NCBI GenBank assembly: GCA_028534125.1
Contig: CM052832.1
Coordinates: forward strand, 23,996,001 to 24,060,000
Direction of reading: 5' to 3'
Origin: Lama glama
Lineage: Eukaryota
DNA: 64,000 nt
Under the pieces are notes generated by a model, which made no database searches, had not been told where the DNA came from, and was given only the letters and a program-made list of their open reading frames with translations. Each line of letters starts with the position of its first letter. The first letter of the stretch is position 1. Shown piece by piece: positions 1 to 14,191 of this stretch. The position numbers and the translations under genes are program-made.

Positions 1-129
1 TCTCATTCTGTTATGGCTAAATTTCCTGCCCATGCCCCCGACCTCCAGATTCATATGCTGAAGCCCTAGCCCCCAACATGGTTCTCCACCTCCCTCACAC
101 TCTATTCATTCCTTGTCTCTTTTGCAAAT

Positions 130-1240
130 TCCTCCTCTTCTCCTCAAAGCCTTAATGTTAGGGTTCATCGGGGGAACACTTGGATCCTCTCTTCTTGTTT
201 TTATGTACATACACCTCCTTGGTAATCTCATCGAGACTGTTAACTTAAAATACCATCCATATCCTGAGAACTCCTAAATTTACGTTGCTAGCCTGGACTT
301 CTCTCCCAATGTCAAGATCCAACTACCTGGTTGACAGAGCTACTTGGCTGTCTAGTAGAAACCTCAAACTCAACATGTACCAAAATGAATGTGGGATTTT
401 AAATGCTCATTAGCCATTCTTCCAACCTCACATGCAAAAAAAAATTTGGAGATAGTTTTAATTTTCCCCCCACCCCAACATTTAATCCATCAGAAAATCC
501 TGTGGTCTCAGCCTTCAGAACATGTCCAGAATCTAAACTCTTCTCACCGTCTCCACTGTTATCACCCTTGCCTGAACCATCACCACCTCACACCTGGATT
601 ATTTTAATAGTCTTCCCTGTTTCCATGCTTGCTGTCTTACGGTCTACTCCCAACATAGCTGCCAGAGTGGTCCCTTTAAGGTACAAGTCAGATCGTTTCA
701 GACCTCTGCTCAAAACCCTCAGTGCCTCCCCATTTCACCCAGAGAATCCCAAATCGATCAATAGTCTACTGAACCCTACATGGTCTAGCCCTTTAGCTTT
801 CTTGACCACCTCACCTACTGGTCCTCCCATTGCTACTCCAGTTCAGCTGCACTGGCCAGTTTACCCTTATTCTTGCTCTTCCCTATTCCAGATATCCACA
901 CGGCTAATGACCCTTATCTATTTTAACTCTTTTCTTAGCTGTTATCTTTTCAACAAGTCCTGTTCTTATCATCTTATTCATTCCACTGCACCTTCCCTAC
1001 CTATCCCTGGCTCTCCCCTCCTCCACCTTCAGCTCCATTTTTCTTTATTCCATAGCTCTTTTCATCTTCTAACACACTGAGTAAGACTTATCAACTATGT
1101 TTAGTTATTCTTTTCTGTCTCTCCCTGCTAAAATTTATGCTCCAGGAGGGTAAGCATCCTGGTTTGTTTTGTTGATGTGGAACTATGCCTGGCACATTGT
1201 AAGTGCTCAATAAATATTTGCTAAGAGAATGAATGAATGA
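130..1240 (+). mobile_element. LINE-2 3' fragment
   Basis: Pyrimidine-rich body ending gtgctcaataaatatttg...gaatgaatgaatgaa, the typical L2 3' terminus. Confidence 0.8.
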
Positions 1241-1259
1241 AATATGTAAATTTCTACAA

Positions 1260-2870
1260 AAATCAAATCCATTAATATTTTAAAATGGCAGTACATTATG
1301 ACCAAGTTATGTTTGTCTTAGGAATACAAGGTAATTTAACATTAGCAGAGTCAACTGCAGTAATCCACCACATTAAATTCTTACAAGAGATTCATCGTAT
1401 TTTCTTGATGGGGTAAAAAAACCCCACAGGTTTGATAAAATTCTGCATCCACTCATAATAATAATAATATAAAAGATATTTTTAGAAAATTATGAATAGA
1501 AAGAGACTTTCTTACATTCATCTGAGTATCTAAAAAAATCTTAAAAAAAAAAAAGGAAACTTTCTCTTTGTTTAGGATCAAAGAGATCCACTATCACCAC
1601 TTACATTTACCAGAGATTCAAGTCAGAGTTAGACAAAAATAAATAAAGATATCAAGATTGAAAAATAAGAAATAAGCTGTCATTATTTGTAAATGATATG
1701 ACAGTGTCTGCATAAAATACAAAAGAATACACAGATAAATTATTAGAGTTAATAAAAGAGCTTATCAAGGTTGCTGGATACAAAATCAACATGAAACGTT
1801 TACTTGTATTTTGTGTGCTGGCTACAAATAACCAGAAAGTGAGGTAAGAAAAAGAATACTTTTATCATGAACACTAAGCACACCTGGGACTAAATCTAAC
1901 AACTGCTGTGCAAGAGATTTTTATGGAGAAAATAATAAAACTTTATTGAGCATTAAGGAGATTAAATAAATGGAGAGCTATACCATGTTTATGAATTGGA
2001 AGATTTAGTATTATATAAACATGCCAGTTGTCCCTGAATTGAACTATAGTTCTTCCAATTCTAATGAAAATTGAAGCTGATACTTTATTGAAATTGATTC
2101 ACTGCTTCTCAAGTGTATGGAAATGCAAATGATGAAAAAAGACCAAAACACTCTTGAAAAACACAAGGGGTGAATTTGTCCTCCCATATGGTAAAAAGGC
2201 GCAGTGATCAGGTGGAGTGGTATTGATGCAGGAATAGTAAACAGACTGATTGATGGAAGAGACCCAAGAAACAGAGATATACTCATACAGATAGTTGATA
2301 TGTGACGCAGGTGGTTTTGTATATCAGAGGAGGAAATGGACCTTTCAAATGGTAATCCAGAAACGAGTAGGTATCTATACAGAAAAAAGTGAAAGTGGAT
2401 CCCTGCCTCACATCATACATAAAAACCAACTCCAGGTAGAGAAGAGACCTAAATGTGAAAGGCAAAATTATAAAGCATGAAGAAGACAGGAGGATATCGA
2501 TGATTCAAGAGTAATGAAGAATTTCTTAATCAGTAAGGAAAAGGTTGATAAATTTAACTTTAATAAAATAAAGAATCCTGTTAATCAGAAGATATAAACT
2601 GAAAAGGGGAAAAAAATACCTAAAGAGAATAGAAAAAAACAAAACATAACTGCAACATGTATTACCAAAAAATCTAGTATCTTTAATATATTAAAAATTC
2701 CTACAAATCAATAAGGAAAGGACTGAGAACTCACAGAAAAAAATGAGGAAAAATTCCACGTAATCAGGCACCTCACAAGAAAAGGAAATTAAAAGTCAAT
2801 AGACAAATGAGAAGTTGCCCAATCTAATTGGTGGTCAGCTAAACGTACTTTAAAGCCACAAATAGAATCT
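1260..2870 (+). mobile_element. Old degenerate LINE-1 ORF2 fragment
   Basis: A-rich plus strand with L1 ORF2 hallmarks such as gttgctggatacaaaatcaac and aaataaatggagagctataccatgtttatgaattggaagatt. Confidence 0.75.
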
Positions 2871-3017
2871 ACATTATGAGTATTTCCTAGGAAATTTTTT
2901 ATTGATTCTGAAGTGTCAGAACTATCTTGTAGCCATGAATTATTAAAATCAATGTTGCATATATGTTTTTTCCTTCTTTGGGTGAGTTACTTATCAGAAA
3001 TAAGGTGACTGCATCAA

Positions 3018-5245
3018 AAGGATATCAAAGAAGAACTAAATAAATGGAGATACATTCCATGTTCATGAATAGGAAGACTCAATATATCAAGACATCAGTT
3101 CTTCCCAACTTGATCTATTGATTCAAAGCAACCCTAGGTAAAGTCTCATTAAGTTATTTTGTGAATATCAACAAACTGACTCTAAAGTTTACAGGGACTC
3201 TTCTGATTTTTCCCATAGTGTCTTAAAAAAAATAAATAAAGTTTATGGGGAGAGGCAACAGACTCAGAATAGGCAGCACAATATTCAAGGGCGAGAATAA
3301 AATTGGAGGACTGACACTACCTGACTTCAACATTACTGTCAAGCTACAGTGATCAAGACAGTGTGTGGAATCTAAAAACAAAACAAAACAAAAAAAAACA
3401 CAAAACAGAAACAGACTCATAGACATAGAATACAAATTTGTGGTTGCCAGGGGGACGGGGGGGGGTGGGAAGGGACTGGGATTTCAAAATGTAGAATAGA
3501 TAAACAAGATTGTACTGTGTAGCACAGGGAAATACATACAGGATCTTGTAGTGGCTCACAGCGAAAGAGAATGTGACAATGAATCTATGTATGTTCATCC
3601 ATAACTGAAAAATTGTGCTCTACACTGAAATTTGACACAACATTGTAAAATGACTATAACTCAGTAAAAAAAAGTTTATATAAAAAATATAGTGTGATAT
3701 TGGAGAAACAACAGATAAATAGATCAATGGGACAGAATGGAGCCCAGAAATACACACCCATATATATAGTCAATTGATCTTTAACAAAGGAGCAAAAGAC
3801 AATGTAATGGAGCAAAGGTAATCCTTGTAGCAAACAGTGCTGGAACTACTGTTCATCCACATCCAAAAAAATGAATCTAGACAAAAGCCTAATGCCCTTC
3901 ACAAAAATTAACTCAAAATAAATTGCAGATCTAAATGCAAAACACAAAATTCTAAAACTCCTAGAGGATAACATAGTAGGAAATTTGGATGACCTTGGGT
4001 TTGGCAATGACATCTTAGATACAACAACAAAGACATGATCCATGAAAGAAAGAATTGATAAGCTAGATTTCATTAATATTAAACACTTCTTCTCTCAAAA
4101 GACATTGTCAAGAGAATGATAAGACAGACTGGGAGAAAATATTTGCAAAAGATATTTTTGATAAAGAACTATTATCCAGAATATACAAAGAACATTTAAA
4201 ACTCAACAATTAAAAAAAAAACACCTGATTTAAAAATAAGCCAAAGACCCTAACAGACATCTCACCAAAAAAGATAATACAGATGGCAAATAAGCATATG
4301 AAAAGATGCTCCACATCATGTATCATCTGGGAAATGCAAATTAAAACAAAGAGTTACCACTACACACCTATTAGAATGGCCCAAATCCAGAACGCTGACA
4401 ACACCAAATGCTGACAAGTTTGTAGAGCAATGGGGGGGGGGGGATCTCATTTATTGCTGGTGGAACTGCAAAATGGTACAGCCACTTGGGAAGACAGTTT
4501 GACAGTTTCTTTCAAAACTAAACATACTCTTAACCATGCAGTCCAGCGATCACACTCCTTGGTATTTACCCAAGAGTTTAGACTTATGTTCCTGTAAAAA
4601 CCTATGCACAGATGTTTATAGCAGCTTTATTCACAATTGCCAAAAGTTGGAAGCAACCAAGATGTCCTTCATAGGTGAATGGATAAATAAATTGTGGCAC
4701 ATCAAAACAATGGAATTTAATTCAGCACTTAAAAGAAGGAGCTATCAAGCCATGAAAAGACATGGAGGAAAATTAAATGCATATTGCTAAGTGAAAGAAG
4801 CCAATCTGAAAAGGCTACATACTGTAGGGTTCCAAGTATATGATATTCTGAAAAAAGCAAAACTATGGAGACAGTAAAAACATTAGTGGTTGCCAGGGGT
4901 TAGCGGGCAGGAAGGGATGCTGAGGTAGAGCACAGAGGATTTCTGGGGCAGTAAAACTACTCTATATGATACTATAGTGGTGGATACATGTGATTACACG
5001 TTTGCCCAAACCCATAGAATGCACAATACCAGTTGTGGACAATGATGTAAACTATAGACTTTGGATAATGATGTGCCAGCATACGTTCATCTATTGCAAC
5101 AAATGTACCGCTCTGTCTTGGGGATGTTGATATGGGGGAGGCTGTGCAAGCATAGGGGCAGGAGATATATGTGAATCTCTGTATCTTCTGCTCAGTGTTG
5201 CTGTGACCCTAAAAGTGCTCTAAAAATAAATTTTTTTTTAAAAAA
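3018..5245 (+). mobile_element. LINE-1 ORF2 3' half and 3' UTR (L1MC-like), interrupted at ~3366-3685
   Basis: Recognisable ORF2 sequence (ctaaataaatggagatacattccatgttcatg; ccactacacacctattagaatggc). The 3' end is ctgtgaccctaaaagtgctctaaaaataaa. Confidence 0.85.
3366..3685 (+). mobile_element. Younger L1 3' end nested in older L1
   Basis: aacagactcatagacatagaa...gactataactcag plus A-rich tail. Flanked by a diverged duplication aagacagtgtg (3355-3365) / aatatagtgtg (3686-3696). Confidence 0.8.
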
Positions 5246-5716
5246 GGGATACTACTCAGCCATAAAAATAATAAAATAATGCCATTTGCAGCAACATGGA
5301 TGGACCTGGAGAATGTCATTCTAAGTAAGTCAGAAAGAGAAATAAAAATACCAAATGATACCACTTATTTGTGGAAACTAAAAAAAAAAAAAGACAAACA
5401 AATTTGTTTACAAAACAGAAACAGACTCACAGACATAGAAAACAAACTTATGGTTACCATGGGGGAAGGGGGGTGGAAGGGATGAATTGGGAGTTTGAGA
5501 TTTGCAGATACTAAATAATATATATAAAATAGATAAACAACAAGTTTATACTGTATAACACAAGGAACTATATTCACTATCTTTAGCAACTTATGGTGAA
5601 AAACAATATGAAAACAAATATATGTATGTTCCTATATGACTGAAACATTGTGCTGTACACCAGAAATTGACACAACATTGTAAACTGACTATACTTCAAT
5701 AAAAAAAATATATAAA
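5246..5716 (+). mobile_element. Artiodactyl/camelid-type L1 3' end
   Basis: atgccatttgcagcaacatggatggacctggag...gactatacttcaat plus A tail. Confidence 0.85.
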
Positions 5717-6059
5717 AGGTATATGAACTTTAAAAATACATCTTGATTCATATCCCCACATACTAGGTAAAGAGAACTATATCACAGAGACCTGACTTTC
5801 AAATGTTAGAAGGCAGTGCTGAGATGGTGGAGCATGGAGAGAGGTAACAGGGGAACGCGGAGCCAGAGGGACTGAATGATGGACCCAGGAGCATAATGTT
5901 AAGCTGGATGTGAGAGCATTTTGTGCTCTTGGGAAGAATAATGGTCCTTCTCCCTGCTGATCCTTTGCCTCTGCTCTGGCTTGTTCCTCCTCAGACCTCT
6001 CAGATCTACATTCTGAAAGATGACTACACAAAAGGGAACTATTCCAAGAGACTTTAAAC

Positions 6060-7755
6060 ACAGTAATTTAACTGTACACCCCCAGTGGAATATACCTTTA
6101 GGATAAACACAATGGGAAAAAATCTAAACACTGATTACACTATTCATATTGTCAGCAAGTGGCGGCATTATTTCTCTAAGACTGCTGTGAGTATACTGTT
6201 AGATAAAGCAAATGAGTGATGGTGTGATATTCTAATTCTGTCACTTTTAGTGTCTCTGACAACTAGTTTGGTGTGGGAGAAAGGATATATTTAAGATAGA
6301 AAAATTTAAATAAACTCTTTCCTCCTAAATTTGAATTGGAAGTATCAGTATGTTCCCATGATGCATTTTATCTTTTAAAAATTAGAAAAAAACTTTTTCA
6401 GAAAAAAGAGGACACTAATGAACTCATCTGCAAAACAGAAACATACTCTCAGACATAATAAACAATCTATGGTTACTGGGGAAAGGGGGTGGGAAGGGAT
6501 AAATTTGGGAGTTTGAGATTTGCAAATGTTAGCCATTATATATAAAAATAGATAAAAAAATAAGTTTCTTCTGTATAGCCCAGGGAACTATATTCAATAT
6601 CTTATAATCATCTTTAATGAAAAAGAATGTGAAAATGAATATATGTATATATATGCATGACTGGGACATTGTGCTGCACACCAGAAACTGACACATTGTA
6701 ACTGACTGTACTTCAATTAAAAAACAAAATCTTTTTCTAAGAAAGTTTTCCAGTTCTGTCTACAGAAATAGCCAAGAAAATAATGATGCACTTCATAGTA
6801 ATGTATATACCGAGTGGCCAGACTGTGATCTTGCAATTCCATTTCCCACTGTAAGGAAAGAGCTCCTTGGAGACATGACTGATTCCAGGTCTGGGTCAGG
6901 AAATGAACAGGAAAAACCTGGAACATATTTTCAGATCAGAAATCAAGGAAGAAAGGAAGATGGTAAAGACATTTTACTAAGGCATCTCAAAAGGCCCTCA
7001 GGGCCAAACTGAAGAGGCTCTCCCTGGCTAAAGATTGAGCAATTTTAATATTATTAAGTATAATTGCAATGGGTTGAAACACATAAAATATGTTAAAAGC
7101 TACAAGTTCATAATAGTACAAAAAGCAAAAAAATCAACTCAGGCTAATTACCAGTAGATCACCTTTGGAGAATGCTGGCGAGCCAACACGTCAATTTGAA
7201 GCCAAGAAGCAAAAGGAAATAATCGAGCATTTACCCTGATGTTGCTATTTGAACTGTACTGGATAACAAAACAGTAGGTGAGAGAAAGTTTCTCTTTATA
7301 GAATTATTCCTGCTAATAAGTGAACAAGGATTGATAGACTATTGTCACTTTACATCTCTTAATGAATTAATGGAGCTACGTATTAATCATCAGTGGCTGC
7401 CCGCATCACCCAAAGAAACAACTAAATATTATATTTATTCACATGGAAGATCACACCACCCTTATAAAGCAGGCTTAAAAGATTCGTCCTGAATCTTGTC
7501 AAGCCTATGGGTCCAACTAGCCATTTACAGGAAGTCACAAAAGAGAAAGAAACATGTTAAAATGCCACGAAGACACAATGAGCAAATCTGAACAGGGACA
7601 CAAATCACCAGGCTTTTCCCACAAGAACAGTAACACATTCAAGGAAATAAAGTAATGGAAGAGGACCAACAGATCACAAGAGGCAGACAAGTGACATAGT
7701 AACCACTGCCTTCGATGGCCTTCATTTGGATTTTGATTCCAATAAACAACTTGTG
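6060..7755 (+). mobile_element. Old L1 3' UTR fragments (L1MC/MD-like), interrupted
   Basis: Motifs such as caattccatttcccactgtaaggaaagagctccttggagac, typical of old L1 3' regions. Confidence 0.55.
6400..6728 (+). mobile_element. Artiodactyl/camelid-type L1 3' end
   Basis: Same family as 5246-5716 (gggataaatttgggagtttgagatttgc; cagggaactatattcaatatc). Confidence 0.85.
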
Positions 7756-7756
7756 A

Positions 7757-8040
7757 AAATGAACAGAAACAGACTCCCAGACATAGGAAACAAACTTACG
7801 GTTACCAGTGGGGGAAAGGAGCGGGGAGGAATAAATTAGGAGTTTGGGATTTGCAGATACTAAGTACTATATACAAAATAGATAAACAACAAGGTCCTAC
7901 TGTTTAGTAAAGGGAACTATATTCAATATCTTATAATGATAAAGAATATGAAAAAGGATATATATGTATAACTGAATCATTATGCTGTACACCAGAAACT
8001 AACACAATACTGTAAGTCAGCTCTACTTCAATTTAAAAAA
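7757..8040 (+). mobile_element. Artiodactyl-type L1 3' end
   Basis: acagaaacagactcccagacatagg...tacttcaatt plus A tail. Confidence 0.85.
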
Positions 8041-8601
8041 CCCAAAATGCACACATTGATATACATAGATATAGATACCTATCTATATATTTTTTAATGC
8101 TTCACTTACTGTCAGTTTTATTCTTTTAGTACTTTATTAGGACATGCCTTCTGGGCTCCCATCCTATCACACATTAATATATTTAGGAAATAATTGGAAA
8201 TGTGAGTATTGGATACTAGATAGTTGATGGTATTAAGGAATTACTGTTAATGTATTGGGATTTATGAGATGTTTATGGTTATTTTTGAAGAATCCTGATC
8301 TTTTGGAAATACATACTAAACATTTTATGGATGAAATTAAAAAAGAAAGAAATCAGAAATAATAGAGAACTCACTGCAGATGTGAGAGATACAGTGAGTC
8401 TCAGGAAAGTGTCCTTCTCTCCCCGCCCCATCCCACAGAAGCCAGCATTTCCTCTATCAGTTCCTGGAGGAACCAGCAGAGCCTACTTTTTGGGAAGGTG
8501 GAGCTTCCGCTACAGACGGAGAGGAAGCTGGATGGGGGAAGGTTCCATGTTGTTTCAGTCTTGTCCCTAAACACTTGGCTCGGACACTGTGCCCCTTGCA
8601 T

Positions 8602-8972
8602 CAGTCAGCTTACGTTGTCGTAACAGAATACCATACACTGGATAGTTTAAACAACAAAAATTAATTTTGTCCCTGTTCCATTGGCTGGGAAGTTCAAGAT
8701 CAAGGTATTGGCTGATTCAGCTTGCAGACAGCCACCTTTTGGATGTGTCTTCGTGTGGTATGGTGGGTGGGGAGAGAGAGAGATGGAGAGAGACTGAGAG
8801 AGCTCTTTCTCTTCTTACAAGGCCACAGGTCTACTGCATTAGGGCCCTACCCTCATGAACCCAGTTAACCTTAATTACTTCTTAAAAGCCCCATCTCAAA
8901 ATAGTCACATTGGTGGGGGGGTGTTAAGGCTTACAATATACGGATATGGGGAGGTAGAAGTCAGTCCATACC
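8602..8972 (-). mobile_element. MaLR (MLT1-type) LTR
   Basis: taacagaataccatacactggatagtttaaacaac...aagttcaagatcaaggt...ttagggccctaccctcatga. Confidence 0.75.
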
Positions 8973-10328
8973 ACCCCCATGCAGGGCTCTCCTGCTTAGT
9001 GCTGGGTCCAAGCCAGATCTCTGTCTTGGTAGCCAAGTACCTGAAAGGATCCAGCTACATGAATATTTGCTGGGCTTCATGACAGCCCATATGGCTTTGC
9101 AATGTCTGCCAGGGCTGAATTAATTAGATCAAATCCAAGAAGAGAGCCCAATAGGATATTGCTTTTTGCTAGTCCTTTCCCTCATATGAACAAATACTGA
9201 ATGTAATTAATCATGTGACAGAAATGGGGAAGATTGGGGGTTTTTTTCTTTTGTTTTCATTTAGCTTAATTTTGTGAGAGCTTTTCTGCAAGGACCATAC
9301 CCAAACATGCGAGTCACCTGCTTTTTTTAATGTAAGCATAATGAACAGGAAACAAATCTAATGAAACAACAGATTCTACCAGGAAGACTTCAATATTAGA
9401 AGCAGTTGAAAGGCAGGGAGGAGCAAGAAAGACAAAAGAAATAAAGAGAAAAAGAACAATAACAAAAGAGAAGGCCCAGGGCAAGTCTGGAGGTAGACGG
9501 AAGGAGAGGAGGAGGCGGAGGAGAAGAGCTCCCTGGAGGAAGGGCAGACAGTATTCAAGACGAGAACCAACAGTCCAGAAGGGGGTGGAATTGTTCAGGA
9601 GCCCCTGCGGTTGGTTTTTCTTAAAATAAATAGTTCTTGCTTGTTTCTCTCTGAGGTTGATTTGGGCTGAAGGCATAAAAGATTAAGTCATAATCTTTTC
9701 TAATTGTAAGGTTAATTAAATATTATTCATGCACAGTTCTTCTTCAGCCTAAAATCATGGGATAATTCTGTTCTAAATGGAAAAGCTCGAAGCCCCAAGT
9801 GAATGGAATTCGTTTTGGCGTTTTGGAATAATGTCAACACCACTGTAGAATGAAATCAAATCGAGGACAAAATGTCTTTATCCCTCAACGTGCACTTTTT
9901 AATTAGTAGGGAAGACATCATTGGTTGCCTTCCCAGTAGCCACTCTCCCTTTTTCTTTGCTAGTGGAAGAGTGGTTTTATTTAAATGACAAGATGTCCCA
10001 CTCCAAGGAACAAATAACCATCAGCTAAACCATTTTGGCAATCCCACACATCCTTGGTGGTGGCAGGACTAGCAGGGAGCTGATATACAGGAATATTAGC
10101 TTGCGGGGTGATGGGAAATATTTTCTACCTGGTAAAGGAGAGCAGTCCTTCCTGCTCTGGGCGCTGTCGCGTGAGAAAGAGCTGCTAGAGCCAGACTGGG
10201 AGCAGGAGTAGCAGGTTATGGTTATCACAGAGATGCTGCTCTGAAGCCCCGGTGTTGTTGAACCTCAGAACAAACTCTGAAACTCCCTACCTCTAGACTG
10301 CCTGCAATGAGGGACAATTCAATGTCTT

Positions 10329-10665
10329 CTCTTTTTTTAATTGAAGTATAGTCAGTTACAACGTGTCAATTTCTGGTGTACAGCATAATGTTTTAGTCAT
10401 ACATATACATACATAGATTCATTTTCATATTCTTTTTCATCATAGGGTTATTATGAGATATTGAATAGAGTTCCCTGTGCTGTACAGTATAAACTTGTGT
10501 TTATCTATTATATATATATAGTAGTTAGTATCTGCAAATCTCGAACTCCCAATTTATCCCTTCCCACTCCCTTCCCCTGGTAACTATAAGTTTGTTTTCT
10601 ATGTCTGTGAGTCTGTTTCTGTTTTGTCAATAAGTTCATTTGTGTCTTTTTTTTAGATTTTTTTT
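10329..10665 (-). mobile_element. Camelid-type L1 3' end with target-site duplication
   Basis: Reverse complement of the 6400 family. Flanks are caattcaatgtctt (10315-10328) and caattcagtgtctt (10666-10679), 13/14 identical. Confidence 0.88.
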
Positions 10666-11879
10666 CAATTCAGTGTCTTATCACCCAAATTCTAAACTCG
10701 CCTGCTGATCTGTCACTTACAACTTAGCACCCTTAACTAGGAACATTAAGTATAAACAAAGCTAAACACTATTAGTGGGATTTGGTTCAACTCTGAGGTA
10801 CAAACTCCAAACTAGCAGCAGTTCAAAGGAGATAGATATTTACTTCCCTTTCAAATAAGAATCTGGAAGCAAACAGTCCATGATGCCATATAATATCCTG
10901 TGGCATTGGAAACTCAGGGTCCTCCGAGCTTAAGGATCAGCAATCCATGGCCTCCTTTTCCAAGGTCACCTTACAGTCCATGTTGGTTGCTCCAGTTCTG
11001 GCCACCAAGTCCGTTTTTCAACCAATGGGAAGGAATAAGGGGGGAGAAAGGGGCACAGACATATGGCTTATGTCCAAGACCTCAGGAAATAAAGGTAATA
11101 ACTCCAATATCCACCTACATAAAGGCTTCTGTGTAACGCAGGAGATCCTCCCTTAAGCATCCACAATGCGGTGCTTTTGGAGGGTGTTGACAGAGCAAGT
11201 GCCCGGCTGGCAGGGCTGGTGTCAGCCCAGACCCCTCACTTCTCACTCCACCTGGGAGAGGGGAGCAGGAAGCCCTGGGAAGGAGGGGACTTCAGAGCCA
11301 GAGATAGAGTTTCTATCAGTGTTAGCAGACATCGTTTTCCCTCCTGGTGAGTGTGAACTGAGAAATGTAGGCTACACAAACGGGCATCTGAGTTCTCCAT
11401 CATTGAGCAAGCTGGCAGGGGCGTGGACAGTGGCAGTGGGAGACATAAGCCAATTCTCCAGTGCCCAGAGCTCACCCCACTCCCCAAATTAACCCCTACC
11501 CCTAGGAGGCTTCCCCTGCAGACAGGAGACAGCTAAGGAGCAGGAGCTTAGGGCCAAGCTCTCAGGAGAATTATAGTTCAACTCCCAGGAGAACAAATGA
11601 GGCTGAGCAGATAAAGACAGATTCAGGTTTGAAGCTGGCCCTTTGACTCCCTGGTTCTGGGTCAAGTGACTTAACCTTGCTCAACTTCAGACCCCACCCC
11701 TACCAATCAGGTGTCCCCAGAATACCTGTCTGCGTGGGTAGAGTTTTCCTCTGCTCTCTGTTTTCCCTCCTCCTTGTCCTTGATCGTCCCCAGTCTGAGT
11801 GCTGGATGGGTCCAGAGTTAGACGAGGAAAAATGCCGAGGTGTGTGAATAACTGGACAGGCCTGGAGTGTTACTGCCTG

Positions 11880-12010
11880 ACACTGACTATAATACTCCAT
11901 ATTTTAAAGTTTTAATGTTCTCATTTATAAAATTGGGATGATAACAGCACACAGCATTGTTTCAGGTATTAAAGAAGGTCATCTGTGTAAAGTGCTTGGC
12001 ACATGATGAC
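11880..12010 (+). mobile_element. MIR fragment
   Basis: ctcatttataaaattgggatgataacagcac...gtgtaaagtgcttggcaca. Confidence 0.6.
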
Positions 12011-13664
12011 TTGGCAAGAGTTCCATTTGGTTCCAATCATACTCTGACCTCATTCCCTTTTCTGGGTCATCCAAGTCTCTCTTCTTGGTCCGCCTCCGCT
12101 CCCCCAGCACAACGAGCGTAGGAGGGTGTTGAGGAAGACTCACACCACATCCACGTTAGCCTTCCTTTCAGTGGCATCACTTGTCTCTCTGTTGTTTTGA
12201 CATAAACTGTAAGTCATTGTAGGTTGGCCAGCCTCAGCCGGGGAGAGCACGCACCTGACTGGCGAGTCTGTCTGCCCAGTGTGCCCAGCTCCCCATCGAG
12301 GTGAGAGGTCTGCCCTGAGCAGAATATTGCTCTTTCAAAAGCTCTGACTTGGTGAGTGTTCCAGGGCTCCTTGCTCTCACCATCCATGTTTATTTTTGTG
12401 TTCACTCCATGTACCCCCTGTTCTCTGGAGAACATTTAGAAGGAGGAAGCAGTGTTTGTGTCCAAGCCCCAGCATAGATCAAAGGGCTCTGCTCTGTGAA
12501 GTGAGAGGCTGGCTAACCCTATCCACGGCTGACTTGGGCCCTAAGAGTGACAGGAAAGAGAATCACCTAGCAATCAGAAAGAGTGCCATGTAAACACTCA
12601 GGCACCAATATCCTCAGCCAAGAAACCGCTCTGAACGTCGGGTGCCTCACACCTGCTGCAGCGGGCTCAGGGACCAGCCAGACTCTAGGCCCAGCCAGAA
12701 GGATGTGATAGTACTGTTCTTTTTTCCTGCTCGTTAATATCCAGCTCTCCTGAGGCGACACTTCTCCTAGTGCAGGAAGGAGGCAAACACGTCTTTGGCC
12801 TCCTCTGGATCATGATGATAAGCTTAGTTTTATAACAGAAGATCCCCAACTCATTCCAATGGTCTATCCATGTCATAAATGGCGGCAGGAATCTACGGGG
12901 CCGGACCTATGGTCAGACGTGGGTGAACCTGGGATACACTGTGGCATTGGGGGCATCTGGACGGCCAAGAATCCTGTCCTTTCCAGGGTAGCTGAAGGCA
13001 TGGCAGTGACCAACTGCCTCTGCAAATTCTGGTCGAGCTTCCTGAGAATTTGCACAGGTGCTGTGAGCAGCAACTCCACCCGGACTGTCTTTTGCTGAAA
13101 ACTGTGTATTATGAGTCTAGCCGAGGGCTCAACCACCCAGGCTCATGGCCAAGGACGGTCCTATTTCTGTTGAGAAGAGACAGGAATGCTTTCCATTTAA
13201 TCCCATCTCAGATAACATTCAGATTCTTTAACCCATAAAAATAAATTCAATTCTTTGAGGTCTAATGTGTGTTTGGATCTTTATATATAGACAATGGGGG
13301 CTATATTTCATTATTGGCTTTAACAGAAGAAGCAGGGACTGAGTGTCTGTAAGATGAAGCCTGTAAAGCCATTTTAAAGCCTATAATTGTCTCGATAATT
13401 GGGGAAAATGCAGTAGAATTCAATAACATATGGTAGATTTTTTTTTTAATTCTGAAGACAATATTTGGATTGATAGTTAGAAATACTGTTCAAGCAGGCT
13501 TAACTTTATTTTCTCAATTAGCAAAAAGAAAACCATTTCTGATTGCTTTAGATCCAGACCAGGAATGAATAGCCATTTCTGCCACAGAATGATATTGAAT
13601 TTCTCTGAAAGGGCATCGTAGGGACAGTAACTGTGGGAAAGCCGACAGCTTATCAATTTGCTCA

Positions 13665-13683
13665 GAGCGCCACCTAGTGAAGA
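13665..13683 (-). promoter_or_regulatory. CTCF core motif
   Basis: Minus strand TCTTCACTAGGTGGCGCTC versus consensus CCASYAGRKGGCRS. Confidence 0.6.
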
Positions 13684-13957
13684 GAGAAGTGTTACCGCTG
13701 CAGAAACGTCAGGGAGCGATAATGTAATGAGTTTCAATTTCTTGTTAAGAGAAATAACATGAAAACTCTTTTTAATCTCCAGTTTTGAAATGGTTTTTCT
13801 TATCCATGCTGGAGCTGGACCTATTTTGCCTCAGTAAATACAGCATAGTCAACACAACCAACTTTACTTAGTCAAGTTGGAATCTGATCATGCTTTAAGG
13901 TCATTCTTTTGAAATGATGCCAGCGGTTGATCAAATTATAGGTTATAGTTAACCAAG

Positions 13958-14053
13958 TGGCATATATATGTGTGTGTGTATGTGCATATATATGTATATA
14001 CATATGTGTATACACATATGCACACATGCGCGCACGCACACGCACATACACAC
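13958..14053. repeat. Alternating purine-pyrimidine compound microsatellite (TA/TG/CA/CG)
   Basis: Directly visible in the sequence. Confidence 0.9.
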
Positions 14054-14191
14054 CACTCCCTTATAAAACATTCAGAATGTGCTTTGCTACACAGATTGCC
14101 CAGCTGTGAGCTCCCTGAGGGCTGGGGCCATTGCACACGGCCTTTGCAGCTGGAGTGCCCAGCCTCGTAATCCTGTGACTGTGGATTGAAA

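Noticed and set aside
403..1080. 225-aa ORF
   Set aside because: Lies in an L2 remnant. It is a low-complexity S/P/L-rich translation with no recognisable domain.
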